Positions 1-13,608 are shown, counted from the first letter of the whole stretch. The stretch: DNA of 63,333 bases, filler included, from Reticulomyxa filosa (GCA_000512085.1; 24 parts of 24 records of this genome joined end to end with filler, not necessarily neighbours in it); one strand, 5' to 3'. The notes: a model not told the origin generated them from the letters alone. Program-made: numbers and translations.

Positions 1-360
1 CCGATTGGTCATATTCATTTCAAGTTAATAAATTATTCATCATAACGAGTTAACTAGCTACAATTTATTTTAATGTTGGAGAAAAATTTTTAGAATATTT
101 GTAGTGAAAAATTTTCAGTTTAGAACAAGATTGACAGATTTGTTTCTTTAAGAGCAATCCTTTAAAAATTTTGTTTTTTTATTCTTTTTATACTTTGCCA
201 CACAAAGGAGAGCTCACCATCAAACACTTCAAAGAGCACGCCATTGGAATTGCTTTGGAGGCTGTGGTTGTTTTTGTGCGGTGAAAATACCACGATCTAT
301 AATGGACCCAGAGTGCAAAAAGGTGATGATATGTTTCAGCGCGTTTTAATTCCGTGCTAT

Positions 361-1283
361 TTAAGTGCAATAATTGCTTTGCTTTGCAGTTTGGTTAGTC
401 GCTGTTATAACTCGCCAATTCGAGTGTCCCATTGCCAACCACAAATCTGCATACACGTTTTTGCCCAAGCTAAGGAGTGTAGTGTTTTCCAAATTGCTTT
501 TCATTTCCCAGCAAAATATATATCTTCCAATGAATGTCATCGTATTTAAGAATAAAATGTCAATTTCCGTAAAGGAAGATAATAGCACAAGATATTTTTG
601 AATGAGCAAATGAAGCTTCGAAATATCTTTCAATAAATTGACACCTTGATAATTTTTATTGATCACATCAGATGCTTCAAGTCAGTCCAAATTCACCAAG
701 TTTTTAAAGAGTACTTGGTGATATCACCAATTTGATTTACAATGTAATCTTTGGATCAACGACGACAGTGTCTTCCTCCCCTTTGGTCACTTCCTCGTCA
801 ATTTTTGCTTCCTTTTTGCCAGATATTCGGTTCCTGGCTCGACTATTGGCATCTTTCTTATCTGCAGCTACTCGTTCCAACGCTTTTCCGCCTCTCGAAT
901 GGCTCTAATGAATACTACCAATTTGTCGCACAGTTTGATACGAGACTTGGATTCCAATATGGTAGCGATAGAACAAGGCACGGACCAGTGTCCAAATGCG
1001 TGCAGCTCCAAATGCAATGATGGAAATGTCGATGGACAACGCACACTTTTTCAACACTTGAGTCGCGTACTTGCGCAAGCGAAGCTCTTGTGTTGGATCA
1101 CTGGCCACTTGTATAAGTATATTTATCCATTCATGTACTTCCGATGGGATCTCTTTGCTGAATAACTATGCACCCAATTATTTGCAAACGAAAGATGTTC
1201 CAAAGCTGATTATTGCGCCCGGGCCAAGTTTTTTCTCTCAGACGATCAACAGCCATTCAAACAGTGCTTTCCAATCGATTACA
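361..1283 (-). pseudogene. Decayed protein-coding sequence of unknown family
   Basis: The minus strand reads as protein-like segments (VIDWKALLEWLLIV..EIPSEVHEWINILIQVASDPTQELRLRKYATQVLKK..) broken by in-frame stops and frameshifts. Confidence 0.4.
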
Positions 1284-1383
1284 NNNNNNNNNNNNNNNNN
1301 NNNNNNNNNNNNNNNNNNNNNNNNNNNTTAATTAATTAANNNNNNNNNNNNNNNNNNNNNNNNNNNNNNNNNNNNNNNNNNNN
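1284..1383. other. Artificial contig-joining spacer N44-TTAATTAATTAA-N44 (first of 23; others start at 4101, 7024, 8124, 11096, 12196, 15511, 17527, 21354, 24491, 26509, 29484, 31103, 32604, 35982, 42181, 45984, 49459, 51278, 52649, 55869, 60182, 61356)
   Basis: An identical 100-bp unit recurs 23 times. The palindromic 12-mer gives stop codons in all six frames, and genes are cut off at these points. Confidence 0.98.
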
Positions 1384-1397
1384 GGGGGGGAGTCTAG

Positions 1398-2460
1398 ATA
1401 ATATCGCTGATCGGTGTGATACCACCCGACCCCTTTGAGCAAGATGAGTTTGAAGAAGTGTACTTGGTAATGCCTCGAATGGAAACAACATTGGCGCGTA
1501 TTATTCGAAGCAAACAAAATTTGAGCGAAAAACACAAACAATATTTCGTATATCAATTGTTGCGAGGGTTGAAGTACATGCACGACGCCGGAGTGTGGCA
1601 CCGCGACTTAAAACCCGAAAATATTTTAGTCAACGGCAGCGATTGTCGATTAAAAATTACGGATTTTGGCTTGGCTCGTGGAGTGAGCAAAGATACCAAC
1701 GTCGATGCGAAATTGACGGAATACGTCGTGACCCGATGGTAGGTTTTCATAATTCGCAATATTCTCTTACACGTGCACATAGATATAAATAAACCCCCTC
1801 TTTCTTTCTCTTTCTCTTTTTCCAGCAATAATCACACAATAATTAATTCCAACAACAAAAAAAAACAGGTATCGTGCGCCAGAGGTGATGTGTTCCTCTC
1901 GACAATACGATGAAAAGGTCGATTTATGGAGCGTTGGGTGTATCATGGCGGAATTGTATAACCGCAAACCATTGTTTCGTGGTTCCAATCATATTGATCA
2001 ACTGAATCTAATATTTCATTGCCGTGGGGTCCCGGACGACATTGAATGGATTAAAACGTCAGATGCAAGAAAGTGGGTCGAAAGAATGGAGCGCAAACCG
2101 AAACAGGACCTGTTCAAATTGCTTCCAGGAATATCTGCGGAAGCCGCAGATCTGTTGGACCAATTGCTTGAATTGAATCCTGCCAAAAGACCTGGTGCAG
2201 CCACATCCATGAAACACGTATGGTTAAAGTCCATGTACCGTGAAAAAGATGAGAATCGCCCGGTTGAGATCTTTGATTTGTCATTTGAATTCGAAAGACA
2301 AATCAATACTTTGTTTGGAGTTCGCCACATGATGTATGAAGAATTAGTCAATTTTTCGAAACATCAAATGAAAAAAGCCAAACAAAAGAAAGATGTCAGG
2401 GAGCCAATACCACACACACAAAATACAACAACAGAAGAGACAACACCAACAAGTAAATAA
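1398..2460 (+). CDS. MAPK: Mitogen-activated protein kinase, TEY type; 5'-partial; exons 1398-1738 and 1869-2460
   Basis: [23 protein letters not shown] and LTEYVVTRW|YRAPE are joined in frame by GT-AG intron 1739-1868. [12 protein letters not shown] and [12 protein letters not shown] follow, and a TAA stop ends at 2460. Confidence 0.95.
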
Positions 2461-3352
2461 TAAATAAGCACATTTAATTAAATAAGTAAAATAAAGCCAA
2501 AAAAGAAAAAAAAGCTTTTTGACCGTGTTAGGTTTAGGAGCGCTTATGCTTTAGCCTGAAAAATGAAGTTTTGTTGTTGCAAAAAATTTAACCCACGTAT
2601 TTTGGTGTTTTGTTTGTGATTGCAGTGTGATGGTTCTTTGTATTTTTATTTTCGAAAAGTAATTTGGTCAAAACTTTCTGCTTTTGTTTTGTTTTTGTTT
2701 TGTTTTTGTTTTGTCCTTTTTTTGTTGTGTTTCCTGGACTCAAAGTGAGAATTCGTGTTTGAATGGAAAGTTATGATAAGCCCGATGTATTTGTCCTGTT
2801 GAACAAAAAAAAACTATTTTTAGATTAGTGATTTCCAAATATATCTGACGTTCCAAAAAATGTTTCTTGTCGTTTGTTTGTTTTGTCTGTTTTTTCCCTT
2901 GTTCCGGTTGTTAAGGCCTTTCATTGCCAAAGTTGTGCCATCTCAAATATGTAACTTAAGCTAACATTAATGGGATGGAAAATTATCCGGTCTTGTATTC
3001 ATGCACAATTTTAAATTGCAATTTTCGAGAGTTCGTGCAAGTGAAACAAAAATAATTTAATTATTCTTTTAAATGTTTATGTTGTGAATAATGTGAAAGG
3101 GAAAAAAAAAGTTACATCGACACTAAATCGTTTGTCGAAAATTCTTGCCTTGTGAAACAAACAAAAGATTAGTAATAATAAAATTCTTGGTAATCTTGGG
3201 AACAAAATTGTTGTTTCTCTAGGTCATTAAGACCATAAAGTACAAATAATGCAGCCAAGTTCCTTAACACAAAAAACAAATGCAATTTTTTTACCTTGAA
3301 GAAATTGCAAGCCAAAGCCATTTGAACAACATTTCAGAGCTGTGGTAAAAAG

Positions 3353-3977
3353 TTACTTGTCTAAGCCTGCTTCATGTCGCTCTTGTAAAAGTTCTTCTTC
3401 GGTTTTCTTGATTAAACTTCGAATATGCTCATGTACTTTTAAGCCCTATCAAATGCAATGTTTATTGAAAATTACAAGTCTGTCAAACAACACGAACAAT
3501 CTAATGCTTAACTGATACAATTGAGTAGGTGCCGTTGTGGCAAGTTACAGGAAAAGAAAAGAAGATATCCTTAGCAATGCCATAGTGTAAACCGTCAGAA
3601 TACACAGCCAAAGCCACATGTTGTCCTGCAGGAGTACCAAAATGCCAGTCGTGTATTGTGTCTTTAATGGCATTGGCTGCAGAAACTGCCGACGAAGTGC
3701 CTCTATATGTTATCAACAATGGCCCCAAAAAAACAAGCATTCCTAATGCTTATTCAAAAGTTATGCAGAAATTTGAAAAAGAGAAGTGGTATAGATTGCA
3801 ACCAATTTCAAATTGAAAGTAGAAATGATAAAATGTGCGCCATACCTGTTTTCAAGCACAACTTTTCCTCTTTGCTGAACAGCAGAAATCAATTCACCAG
3901 TTGCCCATTTTTCCTCTACTTCTGCTTTCTTTTGTGTGTCATTAGCCGTCACAACAGCATCGCTGACATCTGCAACT
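3353..3977 (-). CDS. MDH1: Cytosolic-type malate dehydrogenase, 3' part; exons ~3977-3846, 3702-3513, 3445-3353
   Basis: The spliced product reads ..ELISAVQQRGKVVLEN|RGTSSAVSAANAIKDTIHDWHFGTPAGQHVALAVYSDGLHYGIAKDIFFSFPV..IVS|GLKV..EELLQERHEA. This matches the MDH1 motifs QQRG, SSAxSAA, GT, YG and FSFPV. GT-AG introns 3845-3703 and 3512-3446 keep the frame. Confidence 0.92.
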
Positions 3978-4200
3978 CTTTAAGCACAAGAGGGATAAGA
4001 AGACGTATACACCAACACAATCACAAACAATATGAATGAGCAAATAATAAAAAGATATTGTTCATTCAATGGCATGAAACAATCGAGTATTAAAAAAAAA
4101 NNNNNNNNNNNNNNNNNNNNNNNNNNNNNNNNNNNNNNNNNNNNTTAATTAATTAANNNNNNNNNNNNNNNNNNNNNNNNNNNNNNNNNNNNNNNNNNNN

Positions 4201-6978
4201 AATACCAATACAAATGCAGCCAAAGTATCAGAAGGATTTTCAAAGCCTCTTGGAGTCGGTGTTAAACATGGTAGTGACAGTGTTATTTTGGACACCGATA
4301 ATATCAGCACGATCGTGAGTCCAGGAATAGGAATAGGAATAGGAATAGGAACAGGAACAGAGATTGACAATAATAGTGAGGCGTTGAAACACAAATTGAA
4401 ATCGAAATCGAAATCCAAACAAAGTGTATTCCCAGCCAAAGAAGTGGGCCACTTTATTAAAAAGCAAAATACCAATCACGGCGCAGGTAACGACGACAGC
4501 AGCATCAGTGTGAGTGACGATATTGACAACAGCAGCGATAACTTTGCCCTCGACGAAGAGTTTGATCAAGAGAATCCACATGTCTATGGCAATCCATATG
4601 ACTCGGTTCGGTTTGGTCTATGTGTTCAAACCATTTGAACAATAAAATCTTGATTCAATCCAAATAACCCCCAATACCAATTCCAACCCAACTCAATCTA
4701 ATCTAATGTATTTGAATATAATAGTGTGTGTTTGTTTGTTTGTTTTTGTTTGATTGGGCTTATTTTTGTTAGGAAAAAAATAAAAAGTCAAAAAATAAGA
4801 TTGTTTATGAAGAAATAAAAAAAAGCCATATTTCGAATGGCAGTGCGTACGTGAATGGGAATAAAAATGAACTATCATCCTCGGATCAGAATCAAAATGA
4901 GCAACAGCAACAGGGGACGTTGGATTGTCAAGTAAATTATGAAAACGACGTGCCAGTGTTTGCATTGTATCCCCACATTTACAACAGCGAAAGTAAAGAA
5001 GCCATAAGCAATTTCGACGAAGGGCAGATTGAAAACTATTGTTTCACTCCATTGATCACCAAATTTGGTAGCATTCGCACCACTGTATTTTATCGCAAAA
5101 ACATTGTCCAAGACTTTGAGTTTTTGATTCGACATGTTATTGGCAAAAACTTGCCACTATATGGTCAAGACCTAACCCAATGTGTCCAACCAGAGCATTT
5201 TTTTAGTCAAGAGGAAAACAGCAAACCGACTACCAAGACAACGTCATCATCATCGTCATCATCATCATCATCGACAACGACAACAACAACAGCGGCTGTG
5301 GTCGTGCCAAAGACATTGTCCCACAACACTGTTCCAAAGTCCAATGCTTCGACTCACAGTCACAGTCACAGTCACAACCATAGCCAAAGTCATAGCCATG
5401 GTCATGATCCACCCTTTTCCTCCACTCCCCCATCTTCTTCTTCTCCCTCTTCCTCGGCCGATGCCAACAACGACACCATAAGCACGAAACAGGATGGTCG
5501 CGTCCCTCAACCCAATGATACCGCCACCGACAAGCGACTCGTCGCTGATCCCGTCGGCGAAGCTCCGCAAAGTGCAAGAGCTTCTCCTGCTGATGACGAG
5601 CGCGATCCCATTGCAACAACAATTACATCCGTTTCCACTTCCAAGTCTAACACTACTGCTACTACTACTGCTACTGCTACTGCTACTGCTACTGCTACTG
5701 CCACTGCTGCTACTTCCACTAACGTTGCTACAAACATCGGCGTCAAAGTCTCCCCCAAGCCAAAACCAGTGTCACGAAGTGGGGAAGAGCGAGCGGAGAT
5801 GAACAAACCCGTGGACAAATATCCAAGCAAAGAGGACTCCAAATTCATCACCAATCTGAACAAAACACCCAAGTCCTCACCAGTGCAATTTGAACTCCCA
5901 CAAGATAAAAGCCTGACTTCAAATGTTGGCTCTGGTACGTCTCTCATCTTCTCTTTTTTGCACCAACGCACGCAAAAACTGACAAACTTTGTCATTTCTC
6001 CACACTTTTTTTTTTTTATTTCAAATCAAATCAATAATAACTAGTCTAGATAAATATACATATATATATATATATATGTATATGTATATATTTATGTATA
6101 TGCTTTTTGCTAAATGTGCCTACTGTCATTGTATAAATATAAACTCATTCATTTGATATGAAAGTAACGGCCAACGGCGGCAATGATCAACGACGAAATA
6201 ATGGCTCTGGAGTGGCGGCCTATCAACGACAGAAACTATCGAACCTCCGCGAGCACGTGCAGGTGCAAGTGGTGTCAACGCAGCAAAAGACAAGCAAAGG
6301 CTCGACCACTGCGGGCAGCGCGAAAAGCACCTTAGCGGCGTCTGTGACAGGGACGAAGGAAAATAGCCCGAGTCTGACAAATGGGTCTGCAGAGCCCATA
6401 TTGGGACAGCCGAGGCAATTGACGGATTCCCCATTTTCGTTTTCTTTAAAAGAAAAGGACGACATCCGCGCCAATAGTACCAATAACAACAACAGCAGCA
6501 GCAAACCTACCAGTAATTCCCCTTGGCAAAAATCTCAAGCTGTCCATGGAAACACTCCACCAATCCAAGGCATCTTACCAGGGACACCAAAGATGTCTCC
6601 CTGTTTAAATTTGTCAGGTTTGTATATTATATATATATATACATATACATATATATATTTGTATGTGTATATAGACTTTGTAAAAAGAAAAATAAAATTG
6701 TGCATTTTTTTTTTTTTTTTTTGCTTGTTTGGTTTGGACACAGGGTCAGCAACACCGGCATTAAACAACCCGCAACAAGAATTGGAAGAAATCCGGATAA
6801 AATCATCGATGGTGTTTGGACAAGCAGTCCCATTTTTGTCACTGATGAACACTTCAAATACAAACTCAAGTCTAAATGTGCAATATTTGAAAACAAATTC
6901 CACCGCAGCTGCTAATGCGTCCATGCATTTGACTAATCGATATTCTTCTTCTTCTTCTTCTTCTTTGTCGCACAATGC

Positions 6979-7012
<34 letters not shown>

Positions 7013-7023
7013 AATAACAACAA
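4201..7023 (+). CDS. Multi-exon low-complexity (S/T/A/H/N-rich) protein of unknown function, partial at both ends
   Basis: Long ORFs 4288-4638, 4851-6044 and 6158-7075 are separated by AT/TA-repeat intron-like tracts and carry poly-S, HS, TA and poly-N runs. Confidence 0.6.
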
Positions 7024-7143
7024 NNNNNNNNNNNNNNNNNNNNNNNNNNNNNNNNNNNNNNNNNNNNTTAATTAATTAANNNNNNNNNNNNNNNNNNNNN
7101 NNNNNNNNNNNNNNNNNNNNNNNGGGGTGGGACAGGAGGAGGG

Positions 7144-7177
<34 letters not shown>

Positions 7178-7198
7178 GAATTAATAAAATAAAAATAG

Positions 7199-7508
7199 TT
7201 CATATAAAAGCGTTAATGTAAGTGCCATGTGCAAGGAGCTTCTCATGCACGGATTTGAGTTGAATGCAAGATATGGAGCTCTTTTGAACTCCAACAAACT
7301 CTTGTTCAATGCTGAGTTCAAAATCTTTGAGTCCAACTACAGTGTGCGTTCTCCTCCAATTTCTGGTGGGTTCTTAACTGCTATAACTGGTGGTAAGGAT
7401 CCATCTGTTTCGGTGGAGTTGTCTGATGTTCCGGAACAGGAGGCAAGTGTGACCGCCTCTGGTTTGGAAGTTTTCTATGATGAATTGAAGAACATATACA
7501 GAAGATAA
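7199..7508 (+). CDS. Terminal exon of a hypothetical protein
   Basis: An AG acceptor at 7197-7198 follows a poly-A tract. About 100 codons are open with higher GC and end in TAA, followed by AT-rich 3' sequence. Confidence 0.55.
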
Positions 7509-8223
7509 GGAACATTTCCTGATATGTTCAAAATAATGATTAACAATATATTCACAAACACATACAAAAAAATACAAAAAGAAGTCTATTTCTAAAGGGG
7601 ATGGAGAACGTCAATTCGTTCTTTTGTGTCGCCGTTTGAATTGAGAATTTCTTTTCACTTTTTTTTAATATTACAATTTCTTACTAAACGGCACGGTTTT
7701 TTCGTCAATCCTCTTATTAATCTTAGATTTTGAGGGTAATCATTTTTTTTTGTTTTTTTAATCTTTGCTGCGCTACTTCATTGTTTGCTTTTTATATTAT
7801 AGGAGTGTATTGCAAATAAAAAAAATCAAAGCTATCCCATTATTGGTACACTTGTAAGGTGTTGAACGGTACAATAATGTTCATAAAAGTTTTCTACGAC
7901 TCAATATGCACTCTGTTTTAATAAAATTGCTCTTTGCAACTGTAAATGTTGTTAAAATCTGTTGATGTGTTTTTTGAAGTGGTTAAACTTTGCGAGATGC
8001 AGAATTTCAAAGTTGTTGAATTGAGACCTTAAAAAAAAGAGTAGTTTTGGGTGAATTATTTATGATTCTTATACAATTCTTCAAAAGGTTAAAGCAAATC
8101 AAAACAAACAAATAATAACTGCANNNNNNNNNNNNNNNNNNNNNNNNNNNNNNNNNNNNNNNNNNNNTTAATTAATTAANNNNNNNNNNNNNNNNNNNNN
8201 NNNNNNNNNNNNNNNNNNNNNNN

Positions 8224-10890
8224 GACAGTTGACACGACTGTGATCCCAAAACTACACCATGACATTGACGTCATCTCAAGTGCCCATTACGATAATAGCG
8301 ACGAAACAGAGCCCATAGAAATAATAATGGAAATAACAATCGAGTAAGGCAGCATTTATGGATTTATTTTTATTCACATTAAATACAATGACTTTGTCAT
8401 TGTTCAATGTGTTGAGCAGTCGCTTTATCTTGGGCAGGCAGTCTTCATTGTTTCAATGTGGAATCACTTTCTTCTTCTCCATTTGCAGTTCCATCATCTA
8501 CACCACCAGTGGACCATATCCTAGTTATTGTAAACACAAAAACAAATAACAACTTAATTACTTTTGTTTTTCTTTTAAAGAAATTTAAATTATGTTGTTT
8601 TAACTTCACTATTCTTTCAAAGGCACTCTAACCAATTCAATTATTTCATGCCAATCTCCATTGACGACGATATCAATGGTTCTTTTATAATCCAATTGCA
8701 ATATAAAACCTTTGATATATTCCACCAAATCAACACGGATCATACCATTCTACATCGGAAATGTATCCACGAATCTTTGGTGTGTCATCATATGGAGCCA
8801 CATATACATAACCACAAACATACTAATAACAACGATGGATATTTGATTAAGTAGGCATATCGATGGCTTGATTGAAATTTTTGTGTGCCTAGTTGGATGT
8901 GATTGTGTGGTCATAAGCACATAATGTTTGTTGTCATTTTGCTTCGCTTCCATTAATATCACCAATATCAATTAACAATTTTGGTGACACATGTCAACAC
9001 TTTTTAGTTATTGATTGTGCCAATTCTATATGATATCCACTTGCTTCTCTTGATTGACGATTCATTAGCACTTGTTATGTATCTTGATATAATTCATATA
9101 TTTAATCGATATTTTTTTTTCTTTTTAATATACTTTTCTATATATCTTTCTTTCACTCGAAACATAAAAGATTAATGTCCATATTGTTTTGATTAAGACA
9201 TACCACAACAACCGAATATATGATAAAAGAATGTAGACCTTCTATGATCACATTTACTCGAATATTCAATCTAGCCATCACCACTTGCATTTGGATTCAC
9301 CACAACTGTGATGAAGCTGTCCTTCCTGGATTGTACCTATAATATATGCAGATTTATTAATGTACCACAAAGCAATTCGTTTAAATTGTGATTGCAACAT
9401 ACCAAGAGAAGACAGAGTCGCAATTTTGTACATTCTGTAAATTGATTATGTTCATATCGTATTGTTATACTTGATGATGGCCCAGATACGGTTACATTTT
9501 AATATTGGTAATCTAATTGTGGATTGCCAATTGATGAATTTGTGGAACCGATTCCAAATTATTTATTTTCTGGACATTGATAAATGCAATTGCATTAAAT
9601 CCTTTTCCAGAAACCTTATATTCACTTGATGATATAACAAATTGTAATCAATGTCAATCGATTGCCATGTTCGATAGTTGATTGCTCGCGACAACATGAT
9701 TTGGATATGAAGCAATTTGAGTAACACATTATCGATGAGTTCATAGCTCATAAGTGGTGCTAATACAATCCGCTATCAACAATAAGATATCGAATACTAC
9801 GTATTTGCATGTTGACTCTGCTGGACACATTATGAATATTTCTGACGCTTTCACTCGGCAACGATTTTGCTGCAAATCTATCTATCTATATTTATATGTG
9901 TACATATATACAGGAATAACAAACCAATTGAAGATGATCAAAGAAAGATAAAGAGATAACTACTTTTTGCAAATTGAATACAATTCTTCTACTTTTGATG
10001 CGATATTTGAGACTTAGGATTTGACCAAGTGGACCGGCATTATTTCAACGCGGAATGATGGACCGAGTTTGTGTTTACAATTGCAGGACTGTATTTATTG
10101 ACGATACTAGCGACCTTTGAGAATGCAATCATTACTATAACGACAGAATGCGGTATTGATATTTTATGTGCTGCGAAAAGAATGTCCTTTATTTCTTGAC
10201 TAAATAATATCCACCAATTTGTATTGACTAATTGGAGATCGTACTTCCAATATTGTAGACCGATCCAACATCTTTATTCATCTTTCGCATTAATAGTATG
10301 TCCGCTACATCATTACTTTCGGTATATTGCTTGCACGTTACATTTGTTGTAATTTGTGACGAATCCTTCCAACAAGACAGGTTTGACTTTGTATTTCTTT
10401 GCATCCATTTCTTCTTCATTTGCGATTTCACCACATACACCAACAGTAGACTAGTGTATTCTAGTTGCTGTAAACACAAAATCAACAAACAACAGTTAAT
10501 GCAAATTGTTCAGAAAGACAAAGGTAATCAATATTTCTTTAACTCCGAGATTTTTTCCAAAGGCATTCCATCATTGAATTATTCCTTCCACTCTTCGTCG
10601 ATGACAATAGCCCCTGTATTTTACAATCAAATTGCAAATGTTACACATTATTATCATACACACAAAGATCATACCAATTATATCTTGGAAATGGCTCCAC
10701 TTGTCGCTTGTTCCATTTTCACCTCCATTGATTTACACTTCCACTCTATCTTTGATTCGTTCCAAATCTGTACAATGAAAAAGTTATGTTCATTGTTTTG
10801 ATTAAATATATTAAATATGATAAGAATACAATATATACCTGGAAATAGGACTACCATTGCTGTTCTATAATGTGATAAACATGTCCAAAA
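8224..10890 (-). pseudogene. Decayed spliced gene(s) of unknown family with a diverged ~1.94-kb tandem duplication
   Basis: Exon-like segments contain stops and frameshifts. Paired anchors occur at 8521/10461 (ctagttRYtgtaaacacaaaa) and 8617/10557 (caaaggcaYtc). Confidence 0.5.
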
Positions 10891-12650
10891 TTTGCTTTTT
10901 TTAAAGAAACAAATAAAAAAAAGATAAACCAGTTAACTTTGCGCTATCCTCGCGCAGGATAATAATCATTTTTCTTTTTTCACTTTCTTTATTTTTTTTT
11001 TTCTTTCATTTATTTTTTCATTTTTTTTCCATTATGTCCTTTTTTTTTTTCTTTTTCATTATTCATCCTTTTTTTTTTATTACTACCTTTTTTTTNNNNN
11101 NNNNNNNNNNNNNNNNNNNNNNNNNNNNNNNNNNNNNNNTTAATTAATTAANNNNNNNNNNNNNNNNNNNNNNNNNNNNNNNNNNNNNNNNNNNNTATGT
11201 TTCTTTATTTGATTTAATTTGTGTTATTACAGTCGTTAGATTATTTGAATAAATTAATTGTCATCGAAATTTCATATTTTTTTCACAACTCTTTCAAATA
11301 TTACTTATTCAATCTTCTTTTCTTCGTTTTGTTCCACACTTAAGCTTTGTAATCCAACTTGAAGTATTAAATATTAATTACCAATTTCTAATTACATCAT
11401 TTTTCTTTTTAAATTTTCACAAAGTCTTGGCAAATTTTGCAATGCTTCATTCCATATTGGAAATAAAATTTTTGCATGAAATCAAACGTAATACCTGTGA
11501 TTACGTTGGTAGTTTTTTAATTTGTCACTTTTTCCAATTTTTCCTCATGAAAAAAATTGCAAATCCAATTATTTTCCAACGATATGTGTATTGATAAATA
11601 TGTTTAGATTGTGACTGTGGATATGCAGCTATGATACCGAATCAGATCACTTCACTGAATTACTGATTGATCTCTTTCAATGGCCAATATTTTGTAATTT
11701 AGAAGCGGTATGCTTCGACTTGAACATCTGAAAAACGTAAATGTGTTCATATCAGTAAGTATGTGTCTTTAGCTTTATTTCGCTTAGGTTAATTGGACGT
11801 AAATGGTTAATACGTGCAGTTTTCTGAAACTTGTTTCCGTTGTCAATTGGCTCGAATTTGTTGGAAATTCTGGGCAAATCATTGTTGACCCCACGAAAAT
11901 CATGTCTAAACACGCAAAACAAAATCGAAAACAAGCCAAGCAAGTGAGTATGCCAACTTCATTTTTGCTCATTTTTTTTGAAAGAATTTGGCTGTGTCTG
12001 CTTGTGACAACCTCAGACGGAAGTGGCTCGTGACGCAACAGCTGTGGAAGTGCATACTGGTCCGCAACAGCTCGATAAAAAATGTCAGGAGCTGTTTGAC
12101 AAACGATTGGTGGTTAGTTTCCAAAAATTTGTTTGACGTTGTTTGCTAGAGTATTATGAATCGATTTGCTCGAAACAACAATGGACTGGGGGGGGNNNNN
12201 NNNNNNNNNNNNNNNNNNNNNNNNNNNNNNNNNNNNNNNTTAATTAATTAANNNNNNNNNNNNNNNNNNNNNNNNNNNNNNNNNNNNNNNNNNNNCAACG
12301 ACAAATAAAATAAAGAATAAAAATTAAAGATAAGTTGGACTTAACTTTCATTGATAAGTTTAAGTTCATTCTTGTAACTTATTTTAATTTCCTCTTGAGA
12401 TGATCTTTGATGCAAGATGAAAAAAATGATTGAACTTTTGTTTATAAAATGAAATTTCGGGTTGATCAATGTACATTATTTTATTTAATAAAATGAAAGA
12501 AAAATGTTACATTTTGTAAAATATTTACAACGCAAAGATCTTCGAATTAGAAGAGTAATAGTTATTTAAATGATCATTTAATTCTTTGATTGCTTCTTCA
12601 AAAGGACACAATATTCTTTCATTCCCTTTATCAGACATTTGTGAATACTT

Positions 12651-12810
12651 TCAGAGAATCAATGTCGTTGTGCAATCTTGAACATGACATGAATTAGGAT
12701 TGATATTCAAGAACTGCTTCAAGCAACTCTCTCCGACGATTGGTGATACATCAATGTCTTTGTGTTGAGAACAATCAATTTCAATAGGGTTATAGCGAAG
12801 GCAATTCACA
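12651..12810 (-). pseudogene. Relic of a RING-like Cys/His domain of an amplified lineage-specific family
   Basis: NPIEIDCSQHKDIDVSPIVGESCLKQFLNINPNSC resembles the degenerate RING (CxxH...CL....CP) that I recall from N-termini of foraminiferan WD40/TRAF-like proteins. It ends in a premature stop. Confidence 0.5.
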
Positions 12811-13061
12811 AAGTAAAATATTTCTTTTTTGAATAACAAAAAAACTGAATTTGATTGTTTCAAGTGAAACCTGAATATTATGATCGAATAGCACAATGTT
12901 GTATTATATTTATTGGTTGTATACCGAATATTCATTTGAAACATTCAAATTCATTTTTTTTTATTTGTTGAAAAGCAAAAACTTTAGTTCATTGCTTATT
13001 TTAGTCTTTGTTTGCTACAAAAAAGTTGTTTCTATACCCTTTTGAGTGAACTTCAAGAATA

Positions 13062-13253
13062 ATGCGTGAAATTATAACAATAGAAGCTGGCCAAGCAGGC
13101 ATTCAACTTGGAAATGCAGTATGGGAACAGTGCTGTGTAGAGCACAACATCAATAATGTAGGCAAACAACAGAGAGCAACAAAAGACAGTCCGTTTAAGA
13201 TTTCTTTTGAAGAGACAAGTAGTGGTCAATTCGTTCCAAGAAACCTTGCAGTT
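13062..13253 (+). pseudogene. TUBA: Truncated alpha-tubulin (first ~64 codons only)
   Basis: MREIITIEAGQAGIQLGNAVWEQCCVEHNI...FEETSSGQFVPRNLAV. Similarity stops just before the conserved DLEP, and no downstream tubulin exons are seen before the convergent gene at 13609. Confidence 0.85.
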
Positions 13254-13608
13254 AAAGCTTGGTTTTTCAATCTAATTTACATATGTATATATTTTTGTAG
13301 AGTATCTGCAATATTTGTCAAAGGGATCTGTATATTGCAAAAACCTGATTTAAGTAATGTGAATCAATTGATCACAAGTGATGTCATCTAGCAAAAACTT
13401 CTGTTCAAATGCAAATAAATTATGAATTGTATGTTAAATTGTTTAAATTAATTAAATTGAAAAGAATCATGATTCTGAGTTTCATTGTAGAAAAATATTT
13501 TAAATTGGTTTTTTTTAATAAGATTGTTTCATGTTTGAGATTTACCATTCTTCAAGTGTTTTTAATTTTATTTAAAAGAAAAAAGTTTCAAAGCAATAAA
13601 AAAAAAGA

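Noticed and set aside
1328-1339. Recurrent TTAATTAATTAA palindrome as a CRISPR repeat or regulatory/recombination site
   Set aside because: It is always centred in exactly 44+44 Ns and is a standard six-frame-stop assembly linker.
5182-5995. Overlapping and antisense ORFs (also at 33081-33990, 40370-40785 and 62714-63064)
   Set aside because: They are shadow ORFs caused by stop-poor tri- and hexanucleotide repeats in low-complexity exons.
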